From positions 71,494-135,493 of the forward strand of contig JBAQNJ010000001.1 of assembly GCA_049303675.1 (NCBI GenBank): a DNA stretch of 64,000 bases, written 5' to 3'. Of the stretch, positions 1-7,951 are shown in pieces. This DNA comes from Microgenomates group bacterium (GTDB lineage Bacteria; Patescibacteriota; Microgenomatia; UBA12405). The translations under genes and the position numbers were made by a program. Under the pieces are notes generated by a model. That model worked only from the letters and a program-made list of their open reading frames with translations. It had not been told where the DNA came from and did not search any database. Positions within the stretch are counted from its first letter, which is position 1; the number at the start of each line of letters is the position of its first letter.

Positions 1-2
1 AA

Positions 3-599
3 TTCAACCGCCTTATCCTCCCCAAAAACCCTAGTGAGCTATGCTTGACGGCTATCGATGACAACAACCGTCACACTAACCCGACTTGCTTTCCCCCACC
101 ACCTCCAGTCAATTATTACACCAATATTGGCCCAATTATTCTCCCACCTACTGTGACTATCAACGATGCCAATATTAGAGAAAACAGCACTGTCGCCGCT
201 TCAGGCCAAAGCATCCCTTTTTCGCCAATTAATATTTATTTATATCAGGTCAATGCCCACGCTCCCATTTTTGCCAAACCAGCCCAAGCCTTTGGATTAC
301 CGGTCTTTACCACTACTACCGACGAAGACGGCAATTACGACCTCAATATCCCCACCTCACTCAGTAGCGATTATCGGCTCTTTAGTACTGTCCAATTTGC
401 CACTCTTCCTAGCCCCAAATCCAACACGATTCTCTATACCCTTCCCGCCATATTTAATCTATATATTTATATTCCTCTCTTTATTGTTAGCCTTCTAATT
501 TTTGCCTATGTCCTCTATTTGTATTTTTATCACCCCATCCGCTATCTACCAGCAATATATAGGTACCCCATAGCGCTGCCATTCATAATTCGTAATTAG
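3..599 (+). CDS. Partial (5'-truncated) surface protein C-terminus with a CarboxypepD_reg-like beta-sandwich and a C-terminal TM anchor. Frame 3 is open from the window edge, and the first in-frame start-like codon is TTG at 45.
   Basis: The ORF track gives 45..599, but there is no stop in this frame upstream to position 3. The motif 'TTTDEDGNYDLNIP...Y' is typical of carboxypeptidase-regulatory-like domains. A hydrophobic C-terminal stretch, IPLFIVSLLIFAYVLYLYF, is also present. Confidence 0.45.
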   Translation, partial: FNRLILPKNPSELCLTAIDDNNRHTNPTCFPPPPPVNYYTNIGPIILPPTVTINDANIRENSTVAASGQSIPFSPINIYLYQVNAHAPIFAKPAQAFGLPVFTTTTDEDGNYDLNIPTSLSSDYRLFSTVQFATLPSPKSNTILYTLPAIFNLYIYIPLFIVSLLIFAYVLYLYFYHPIRYLPAIYRYPIALPFIIRN

Positions 600-611
600 T
601 AATTCGTAATT
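587..611. promoter_or_regulatory. Direct-repeat element AATTCGTAATT-N3-AATTCGTAATT, copy 1 of 4 in the locus
   Basis: The 11-mer lies at 587-597 and 601-611. The same element occurs in reverse orientation at 41863-41887 and in this orientation at 42243-42267 and 44246-44270. Confidence 0.5.
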
Positions 612-626
612 GTTGTATTATTAACT

Positions 627-1031
627 ATGCGCTCCTCAATTTATATAATTATATTTCTCATTCTCGCCCTAATCGGCTCCCTCACCCTAGTTCTGCGCAG
701 TACCATATTTGTCGGCAAGGCCACCGGTAGTGCTTCTGTCGCCTCCGGCAACTCCTATCTCTTTGCTTCTCCTCTCCAAGCCAAAGCTGATGGTAGAGAA
801 ATGATTCGCATTACTGCCTTCCTCCTCGACGGTCGGGGAGTCGGTGTCGCCAACCAGACAGTTGATCTTCATACTTCCCCATCTGTCACCATCAAAACCA
901 TCCAAGCAATCACTGACGACAGTGGTAAAGCCGTTTTCGATATTTCCTCATCCCAAATTTCTCAAGTAACCATCTCCGCCAGCCACAACGGCCAAACCCT
1001 CCCCCAAACTGTCAAAGTCACATTTTATTAG
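627..1031 (+). CDS. Small secreted or membrane-anchored protein with a single bacterial Ig-like (Big_1/invasin-like) domain
   Basis: The N-terminus has a hydrophobic signal/TM segment, IYIIIFLILALIGSLTLVL. The Big_1-like pattern 'ASP..AKADG.E.IRITAF..D..G..VAN..V.........TD.SGKA.F...S...VTISA' follows. The protein ends in ..KVTFY and is paralogous to the gene at 6304..6750. Confidence 0.6.
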   Translation: MRSSIYIIIFLILALIGSLTLVLRSTIFVGKATGSASVASGNSYLFASPLQAKADGREMIRITAFLLDGRGVGVANQTVDLHTSPSVTIKTIQAITDDSGKAVFDISSSQISQVTISASHNGQTLPQTVKVTFY

Positions 1032-1070
1032 TATTGATCTCAGTTTTTCAGATCTCAGATATCCTCGTTT

Positions 1071-1662
1071 CAAACCCACCCACTCCAGTTTCACCGGAGC
1101 ACCCTCCTGTAATTTCAAGATTCCAATTTCATTCCAAACCCACCCGCCCTACGGGCACCCTCCCTTGACTAAGGGAGGGCTAAAAAGTTATGAAATTTCA
1201 GATATTCGAATATCTAACTGTTTAAATAAATTACTTTTTGTATTTTCTAAATCAAATAATACCTGTTCATTTTTGTATCTAATTGTTTTTATTCCTCTTT
1301 GGACTAAATATAAATCTCTAAAATGATCACTGTATTTTTTATTATCATGGGAATCACCATCAACTTCTATACACAGTAATAATTTTGAACAATAGAAATC
1401 TAAAATAAATTTTCCAATTGGTTTTTGTCGAGTGAATTTATAGTTTGTTTTTTGATAACTAAGTAATTTCCAAAATATTTTTTCTGCTTGGGTCGGATTT
1501 TTTCTATTATTTCGAGAAAGACATCTCAGTTCTTCTAAATATTTCAAGTTCCCCCGTCTGGTAATAACTTCTATTGGTGAAAAGTGTTTTATAAACTCAT
1601 TATAGCCCTCCCTTAGTCAAGGGAGGGTACTCCGACTTATGTCGGAGTGGGTGGGTTTAGAC
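1071..1662. mobile_element. MITE/REP-like cassette with inverted repeats of 'AAACCCACCC-[small hairpin]-ACCCTCCCTTGACTAAGGGAGGG' bracketing the DUF559 gene. No transposase is present.
   Basis: The left side carries aaacccacccactcc at 1073-1087, aaacccacccgccctacgggc at 1136-1156, and the perfect hairpin ccctcccttgactaagggaggg at 1158-1179. The right side, in reverse orientation, carries hairpin ccctcccttagtcaagggaggg at 1607-1627, hairpin ctccgac-ttat-gtcggag at 1630-1647, and ggagtgggtgggttt at 1644-1658, which is the reverse complement of the left end. Confidence 0.6.
1188..1547 (-). CDS. DUF559 domain protein (Vsr/PD-(D/E)xK endonuclease-like)
   Basis: The translation 'NPTQAEKIFWKLLSYQKTNYKFTRQKPIGKFILDFYCSKLLLCIEVDGDSHD' matches the DUF559 signature (E..LW..L......KFRRQ.PIG.YI.DF.C....L.IE.DG..H). 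The gene is flanked by inverted repeats. Confidence 0.75.
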   Translation of the reverse strand: MKYLEELRCLSRNNRKNPTQAEKIFWKLLSYQKTNYKFTRQKPIGKFILDFYCSKLLLCIEVDGDSHDNKKYSDHFRDLYLVQRGIKTIRYKNEQVLFDLENTKSNLFKQLDIRISEIS

Positions 1663-1674
1663 TATAATTAATCT

Positions 1675-4600
1675 GTGACTCGCCTCTCCTATAAATCACT
1701 TTTTATTATCCTCGTCTTTTTACTCATTCCCATTTTATTTTTATTAAAAATAAATCAAAAAGGCAAAACAGTTTTGGCGGATTGGTGGAATGATAGTTGG
1801 ACCTATCGCCAAGCCATCAATATTTCGACCCACAGTGTCGGTGAAACCAATGTTTACATCACCACTACTATCAATATTGGCACCACCACCAAAGCCCAAA
1901 CCGACGACGGTGATTTTCGTTTTACTACTACCTCCGGCCAACTATTAGACTATTACATATCCTCGGGCGCTGGCACTACAGCCCCTACTTTTCATGTTCT
2001 TATCGATTCTTACCCTGCAGGAGCTCAAACTGTTTATGCCTATTATGGCAATCCCAGCGCCACTAACGGTTTTTCTGCCTCCGATTTTACCACTGCCGCC
2101 AACAATTCCACCATTAGCTCATATTCTACCGAAGAAACCGGAGGAAGTCCCGTCGCCTGGTGGAAATTTGATGAAGGGGTGGGGACAAGTGCCTTCGATT
2201 CTAGTCCCAACCAATTAAATGCTCGACTTTCCGGCTCAACCTTACCCACTTGGACATCTGAAGATCAATGTCTTAGTGGTAAATGCCTTTACTCGTCCGG
2301 TGTTGGTTATATTACTTCTGCCAACAGTTCGGTCAATAATTTTGGTACCAACAGCTTCACCGTCAGCGTTTGGATTAAGCCCCAAGATTTTACCTATCCC
2401 AAAACATCTTTTGCTTTTTTGAAAGGCAATGCACCATACATTCTTGGACCAACACGCGCCGGGTGGTCAATCGCTGATGGTTACACCGCCAGTGGTGCCG
2501 CCATCGTCATTAATGACGGTACCAGTATGGTCAGCACCACCTTAACTTTTAATTCCAGTTCCCGACCTACCGATTTTATTAATAAATGGACCCATTTAAC
2601 TTATGTTTTTAATCGCACTACCAATCTTGTTTATGCCTATGTCAATGGTGTGCAACAAAACAACACCGTTAATATTGCTTCAGTTACTGGATCAATCAGT
2701 AACACCTCTCCGCTCTACGTTGGTTACGGTACTGGCTGGACCTACAAAGGTTTTTTTGACGACGTTCGTCTCTACCCCTACGCCCGCACCGCTACCCAAA
2801 TAAAACAAGATTATAATGCTGGTGTTGCCAATATGGGCGGACAACAAATTAACAAATCATCATCTGACGGTCTGGTCGGTTATTGGAAATTCGATGAAGG
2901 TGTCGGCACCACATCTGCCGATTCATCGGGTAATTCTAATCTCACTACCTTCGGCACCGGCTCTTCCTCACCCGGCTGGATTGGTGGAAAATTTGGTGTT
3001 GGAACAAGCTTCGGAGGTATCAACAAAGTTGACGTTGGATCTGCAAATTCACTAAACATAGTTGGCGACATGACACTATCAATTTGGGTAAACCCAAAAA
3101 ATGCAAGTGGATGGGAAGGTCTCGCTTCAAAATGGGGAGATTCATGGGCTTGGGCACTAGATACAGCTACACATCGTAATGCGTTATACATCAATGGTTG
3201 GAATTACAGCAACTCAAGTATTCCTGCAAACCAATGGAGCCATCTTGCAGTTGTTTACAAAGATTCTGACAATAAAGTATATTTTTATTTAAATGGAGTA
3301 CCAGATGGGACATCAACTCAGTTATCAAACCAAGGCACTTCTGGTATTGTTACTCTTGGATATTGGGGCAATAACTATTTTTATTCTGGACTATTAGACG
3401 AAGTCCGCATCTACAATAAAGCCCTAAATCCCACCGAAATAAAGGCATTATATGAATATGCCCCCGGGCCAGTTGGCTATTGGAAATTCGATGAAGGTGT
3501 CGGTTCTACTGTCTTTGACTCAAGTGGTAATTCAGGCAACGGTGGATGGCAAGGTACCCTAGGAAATCAATGGGCTTCTGGAAAAATCGGCAAAGCCGGA
3601 AATTTTAATGGTAGTAATAACTACCTAAATTTAGGCACTAACCTCGGTAATTATACCGACAATTTTACAGTTTCCTCTTGGATTAAAACTGGTACTAATA
3701 ACGTTCGTATTCTTGGTCGACGGGACACACCTAGCGGCACTCAATATGATTTATATCTTCAAAGCACTACTGGCAAAGCAGCTTTTTTTGATGGCACAAC
3801 CCAATATGCCGGAACATCTAATCTAGCCAATAATCAGTGGCATTTTGTGTCTTGGGTTTTCAATGGCGCTAATTCTAAAATCTATGTTGACGGTATTGCT
3901 GAAGCCACTTTTACAGTCTCCACTACCTCAAAAAATATTAGCACTATCATTGGTGGCTGGGACAATGGAGTCAGTGGACTTTTTAATGGTCTTATGGATG
4001 ACCTTAAAATTTACAACTATGCCCGTACTCCAGAACAAATAATTCAAGATATGTCCGCCAGCGGAGGATCCGCCTTTGGTGGAGGCAACAAATTTGCTTC
4101 ACCTATTGTCTGGTACAAATTTGACGAAGGTTATGGAACTGTCGCCAACAATTCTGGTATCGGTGGAACTATCAACGGCACCCTTAGAACGGGCTCCTCC
4201 TCCCCCACTTGGGTCTCCGGCAAAATCAACAAAGGTTTAAGCTTTGATGGAAGCAATGATTTAATATCAGTAGCCGATAACGCATCTCTAAATACAACCC
4301 AAGATTACAGTATTTCCATGTGGATATATAACCAAGCTGGATCAGCAAATTATCCTACTCTGATAAATCGAGCCTCACAATCGGGAGTTAATGGATTTTT
4401 TTGGATATATACCACCGGAACTAGTGAAACCGATTTAAACTTTCAATATGCCAACGGCAGCAACTATGTTACAGAATTGTTTTCTGGCGCACTTCGACAA
4501 AATGTTTGGGACCATATCAATTTTACATTCAACAATACCACCAAAGAATTAAAATTATACGTCAACGGAAAACAGTTTAGCACCACCAGAACTCTCACAA

Positions 4601-6192
4601 CACCTCTTCCTGTTGATGATGGAATATTATATTTTGGTTCTTATCAAACCAATCCAAATATTTATGCCTTTAAAGGCATAATAGACGAATTTAAACTATA
4701 TAATTATGCCCTAAGTTCGGACGAAATTAAACAAGATTACAACCAAGGCGCCGCCTTTGTTTTTGGTAATTCCTCTCAAACCATCGGTGGTACCACCACC
4801 TCCCTCGACTATTGCATCCCCGGTGACACCTCCCCTTGCGCCGCTCCCATTGCCGAATATAAATTCGACGAAGGTGTAGGCACTACCGCCTTTGATACTA
4901 GTAGTAATAATTGGCCACTTCCCCTAGGCGTCAATACTTCCTCACCTTCATGGACAATTGGCAAAGTCGGTAAAGCACTCTATTTTAATGGTGATGATTA
5001 TGTTGGATATAATGATAATGGAACTATTGCAAGTGATACTGGACCCGTAACCATTAATGCCTGGGTTAAAACTACCTCGAATCAACAAGGTGGTATTGTC
5101 TCCCGATACGGAAATTCGAGCACTTGGACATATAGCCTTTACATGGATTCAAACGGCAAAGCAAACTTTAATCGATCAGCCTCTACTCCCTGGTCAACAA
5201 CCGTAACCAGTAGTCAATCCATCAACAATAACAATTGGAATTTTATCACTGCCAAATACGACGGTATTTCAATGCAGTTATATATTAATAGCATCGCAGA
5301 TAACTCTCTACCGGAAACCCGCAATTCTCAAACACCTGGTCCGTGGTCATTTTGTATCGGCAGTGAACATTATGTATGTTCCAGTACCAATTACCACGGT
5401 CACTTTACTGGTTCTATCGATCAAGTTCGTATCTACAACTACGCCCGCACCCCCGCCCAAATTGCCTACGACTATAACAAAGGCGGTCCAGTTGGATACT
5501 GGAAATTTGATGAATGTCAAGGAATTGTGGCACACAATTCCGCAGACCTCGCCGCAGGCGGGTCAAGTCTTGACGGCATAATCGCCATTGGTGCCAATGG
5601 CACTCAAAATTCCCTCGGCACTTGTCAAGTCGGCACTTCCGCCGCTTGGACCTCTGGCGCCACTGGAAAAATAAATAGTAGTCTCAATTTCGACGGCACC
5701 GATGATTATGTCCAAATCGGAACCTCAAACCCCGTTACCGGTTCAAGTCCATTCACTTTGGCTAGTTGGTTAAAAGTAGGCACCCATTCCAACTATGGCC
5801 TTGCTTTTTATATTGGCGGCGCCACTTCCGGCCAATCCGCCTGGCTTGGTTGGACAACTAGCGTCCAACAAGGTACATCAAATTCAATTGGTGGAGGTTT
5901 TTACGGCACTAATTATGGATCAGGGATAACTGATAATAATTGGCACCACGTAGTTTTGACCTATGCTGGTGGTACAGGAGCTGCAGTTTATCTTTATGTT
6001 GATGGAATTCAAAAAGTCTCTACCACCTACACTGCCAGTTTAGCTGCGACTTCAATAATGATGGGTAAAGCTAATACCGGCACTGCCTATTGGTATAACG
6101 GGCAACTTGACGATGCTCGTGTCTACAATTATGCTCTCACTGCCACTCAAGTCAAAACCCTCTACAACGGCGGCGCCATAAACTTTAGATAG
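1675..6192 (+). CDS. Membrane-anchored giant lectin-like surface protein: N-terminal TM, then a DUF2341-like domain, then six tandem LamG (Laminin_G_3/concanavalin A-like) domains
   Basis: The start codon is GTG. The N-terminal TM segment is LFIILVFLLIPILFLL. The DUF2341-like stretch reads 'W.YR..INI...DGDFRFT..SGQLLDYYI...........VYAYYGNPSA'. Six repeats carry the LamG_3 hallmarks '(V/I)xxWKFDEGxGTxxxDSSGN' ... 'W.H.....N.....LYVNG' ... '(F/L/I)D(D/E)(V/F)R(I/L)YNxAL(S/T)..(E/Q)I' at approximately aa 155, 400, 610, 830, 1060 and 1280. Confidence 0.85.
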   Translation: MTRLSYKSLFIILVFLLIPILFLLKINQKGKTVLADWWNDSWTYRQAINISTHSVGETNVYITTTINIGTTTKAQTDDGDFRFTTTSGQLLDYYISSGAGTTAPTFHVLIDSYPAGAQTVYAYYGNPSATNGFSASDFTTAANNSTISSYSTEETGGSPVAWWKFDEGVGTSAFDSSPNQLNARLSGSTLPTWTSEDQCLSGKCLYSSGVGYITSANSSVNNFGTNSFTVSVWIKPQDFTYPKTSFAFLKGNAPYILGPTRAGWSIADGYTASGAAIVINDGTSMVSTTLTFNSSSRPTDFINKWTHLTYVFNRTTNLVYAYVNGVQQNNTVNIASVTGSISNTSPLYVGYGTGWTYKGFFDDVRLYPYARTATQIKQDYNAGVANMGGQQINKSSSDGLVGYWKFDEGVGTTSADSSGNSNLTTFGTGSSSPGWIGGKFGVGTSFGGINKVDVGSANSLNIVGDMTLSIWVNPKNASGWEGLASKWGDSWAWALDTATHRNALYINGWNYSNSSIPANQWSHLAVVYKDSDNKVYFYLNGVPDGTSTQLSNQGTSGIVTLGYWGNNYFYSGLLDEVRIYNKALNPTEIKALYEYAPGPVGYWKFDEGVGSTVFDSSGNSGNGGWQGTLGNQWASGKIGKAGNFNGSNNYLNLGTNLGNYTDNFTVSSWIKTGTNNVRILGRRDTPSGTQYDLYLQSTTGKAAFFDGTTQYAGTSNLANNQWHFVSWVFNGANSKIYVDGIAEATFTVSTTSKNISTIIGGWDNGVSGLFNGLMDDLKIYNYARTPEQIIQDMSASGGSAFGGGNKFASPIVWYKFDEGYGTVANNSGIGGTINGTLRTGSSSPTWVSGKINKGLSFDGSNDLISVADNASLNTTQDYSISMWIYNQAGSANYPTLINRASQSGVNGFFWIYTTGTSETDLNFQYANGSNYVTELFSGALRQNVWDHINFTFNNTTKELKLYVNGKQFSTTRTLTTPLPVDDGILYFGSYQTNPNIYAFKGIIDEFKLYNYALSSDEIKQDYNQGAAFVFGNSSQTIGGTTTSLDYCIPGDTSPCAAPIAEYKFDEGVGTTAFDTSSNNWPLPLGVNTSSPSWTIGKVGKALYFNGDDYVGYNDNGTIASDTGPVTINAWVKTTSNQQGGIVSRYGNSSTWTYSLYMDSNGKANFNRSASTPWSTTVTSSQSINNNNWNFITAKYDGISMQLYINSIADNSLPETRNSQTPGPWSFCIGSEHYVCSSTNYHGHFTGSIDQVRIYNYARTPAQIAYDYNKGGPVGYWKFDECQGIVAHNSADLAAGGSSLDGIIAIGANGTQNSLGTCQVGTSAAWTSGATGKINSSLNFDGTDDYVQIGTSNPVTGSSPFTLASWLKVGTHSNYGLAFYIGGATSGQSAWLGWTTSVQQGTSNSIGGGFYGTNYGSGITDNNWHHVVLTYAGGTGAAVYLYVDGIQKVSTTYTASLAATSIMMGKANTGTAYWYNGQLDDARVYNYALTATQVKTLYNGGAINFR

Positions 6193-6303
6193 GCTTAGTT
6201 TCCATTAAATATTATCAAAAAAACAAGCTATCACTCATCACCAATATCTGCCAATATATCTATCCCCAATATATCAATTACAACTTTACTAGCTCAAATA
6301 AAA

Positions 6304-6750
6304 CTAATTTCTAAAAGTTACCTTAATCGTTTTGTTCAACGCCGTCCCCTCCACCACTCCTGTTAACTCAAATGTCCCTTCCTTGTTTGATTTAATGGCA
6401 AATGACACCTTACCATCAGTATTGGTCGTCGCTACCGCTGGAATAATATCCTCCATTCCTTCCAACATAACCTGCTTATTGGGAACTCCCTTGCTATTCT
6501 TATCCAAGATAAAGACATTCACAATACAATCATCTGTGCCATTAGCCTTGGCCAATATCTTCTGGCCCAAGATAGTTGAATCGCCCAGAGATACCATAGT
6601 GGCGGGTGCCGCCTTCGTCAGCGTAATCAAAGCTCTTGGCACCACGTAAGCCGCCATAAATACAATAAAGACGATTGCTACTACAATTCCCCCAACCTTT
6701 AGATACAAACCAGTGTTTGAATTCATAAAATATGATACCACAAAAGTCAA
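6304..6750 (-). CDS. Small membrane-anchored Big_1-like Ig-domain protein, paralogous to the gene at 627..1031
   Basis: It has an N-terminal TM segment (IVVAIVFIVFMAAYVV) followed by a single Ig-like domain, and ends in ..KTIKVTFRN just as 627..1031 ends in ..TVKVTFY. It lies convergent with the LamG gene. Confidence 0.6.
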   Translation of the reverse strand: MTFVVSYFMNSNTGLYLKVGGIVVAIVFIVFMAAYVVPRALITLTKAAPATMVSLGDSTILGQKILAKANGTDDCIVNVFILDKNSKGVPNKQVMLEGMEDIIPAVATTNTDGKVSFAIKSNKEGTFELTGVVEGTALNKTIKVTFRN

Positions 6751-7387
6751 TTAACAGAAAAATACTATTATTGCTAATGAAAAAATAATTAATATTTTAC
6801 CGTTAATCAGCCAAAAATAAAATAATCAGGACCCATTCCCCTACTTCCTATTTCACCGTCTATGCTCACTCAATACTAACTATAACACATCAGTTAAACT
6901 CTATCCTAAATAGTCTATCTATATCATCAACTCCCTATCAAAATTAACAACCATAATTTACCTCAATATATCAAATTTTAGTCAAAATACTCCAATTTTA
7001 TCTATCAATTAGTATCATACTATCTTAACCGCACTTCTCCGCAAACAACTATAAATTTAACTATCTAGTTGGCTATTAATAGATATCTATAGCCATACAT
7101 TGATAGTAGAAAAATATTCGTGTAAACAATTGTGAAAGTTAACCGCAGCCACTATACGGGGATAAAACTATATCATCCATACTATCAAAATATATCAGTT
7201 TCTACCTATTTTTAGCCTGTTGACACTCTTTTCCTAATAGTAGATATTTAATATATTAATCATTCAGCTTGATAATTATGTATAAAAAATATAATTCCAA
7301 ACCTAATAATTTATCACCGCTTCTCGAACGGCTCGCCCCCCTTCTTATCGTCGCTGCGTCGTTTGTTTGGCTCTGGAGATAAATTTT

Positions 7388-7951
7388 ATGAACTATCTCC
7401 CCCAGTTTAAAATTTGGCTTGAGCAAAAGGGCTATTCCGACTCTACCAGCCGCAACTATCTCGCCGATCTGGGTAAGTATCTTGAATATATCAATCACCT
7501 TCCCCAACGTGTCTCGATGGACATCTCGTCAGATCCTGAGCCATCCGTTGGGCACATTTTGTCCGCTGACATCGTCGGGCTCTATGTATCCTACCTCACC
7601 GATAAAAACAACTCTTCTCGCTACTTAGCATCCCTCCGTCTGTTTTGCCAGTTTGCCCTCGATCAGCATCTGATAACTCAAAACCCATTTAAGTCAATTT
7701 ACCGTCCCCCTCGATCCCCTGAATTATCCGACCTGGTTACTCAATATGAAACCCACCTCCTCAAGCACAATACCCCTCCAGCCACTATTCGCAACTACAT
7801 CAATGACCTACACCAATATATCAGTTGGTTAGAATCAAAACCCACCCTACCCTCCCTTGAAAAGGGAGGCCAAACTTTTACTTCTTCCGTTACAAGCTCC
7901 CCTTCATCAAGGGGAGATGCCCAAAGGGCAGAGGGGTTTTTTGAATCTTAA
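7388..7951 (+). CDS. Tandem phage-integrase core-binding (N-terminal SAM-like) domains with no catalytic domain. This is most likely the true 5' end of the giant gene, separated from it by a 1-nt frameshift.
   Basis: The first repeat is 'FKIWLEQKGYSDSTSRNYLADLGKYLEYI ... YVSYLTDKNNSSRYLASLRLFCQFALDQHLITQNP', a complete XerD-like core-binding fold. A second copy begins at 'YETHLLKHNTPPATIRNYINDLHQYISWL' and continues in the giant-ORF frame as 'QRLSQYADYLKSQGLSDSSIRRKLSSLSSFQKYLVKKKLINSP'. The ORF track starts at TTG 7367, and the ATG at 7388 is preceded by GGAG. The ORF overlaps 7857..37634 in another frame. Confidence 0.55.
   Translation: MNYLPQFKIWLEQKGYSDSTSRNYLADLGKYLEYINHLPQRVSMDISSDPEPSVGHILSADIVGLYVSYLTDKNNSSRYLASLRLFCQFALDQHLITQNPFKSIYRPPRSPELSDLVTQYETHLLKHNTPPATIRNYINDLHQYISWLESKPTLPSLEKGGQTFTSSVTSSPSSRGDAQRAEGFFES

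Noticed and set aside
6751-7366. A 600-bp AT-rich region upstream of the giant gene with recurrent 'ATATCA/CTATCA' words and a TTGACA (7219-7224) -35-like hexamer.
   Set aside because: The words are too short and too AT-rich to distinguish from composition. The promoter assignment is speculative without transcription start data, so it is not listed as a feature.
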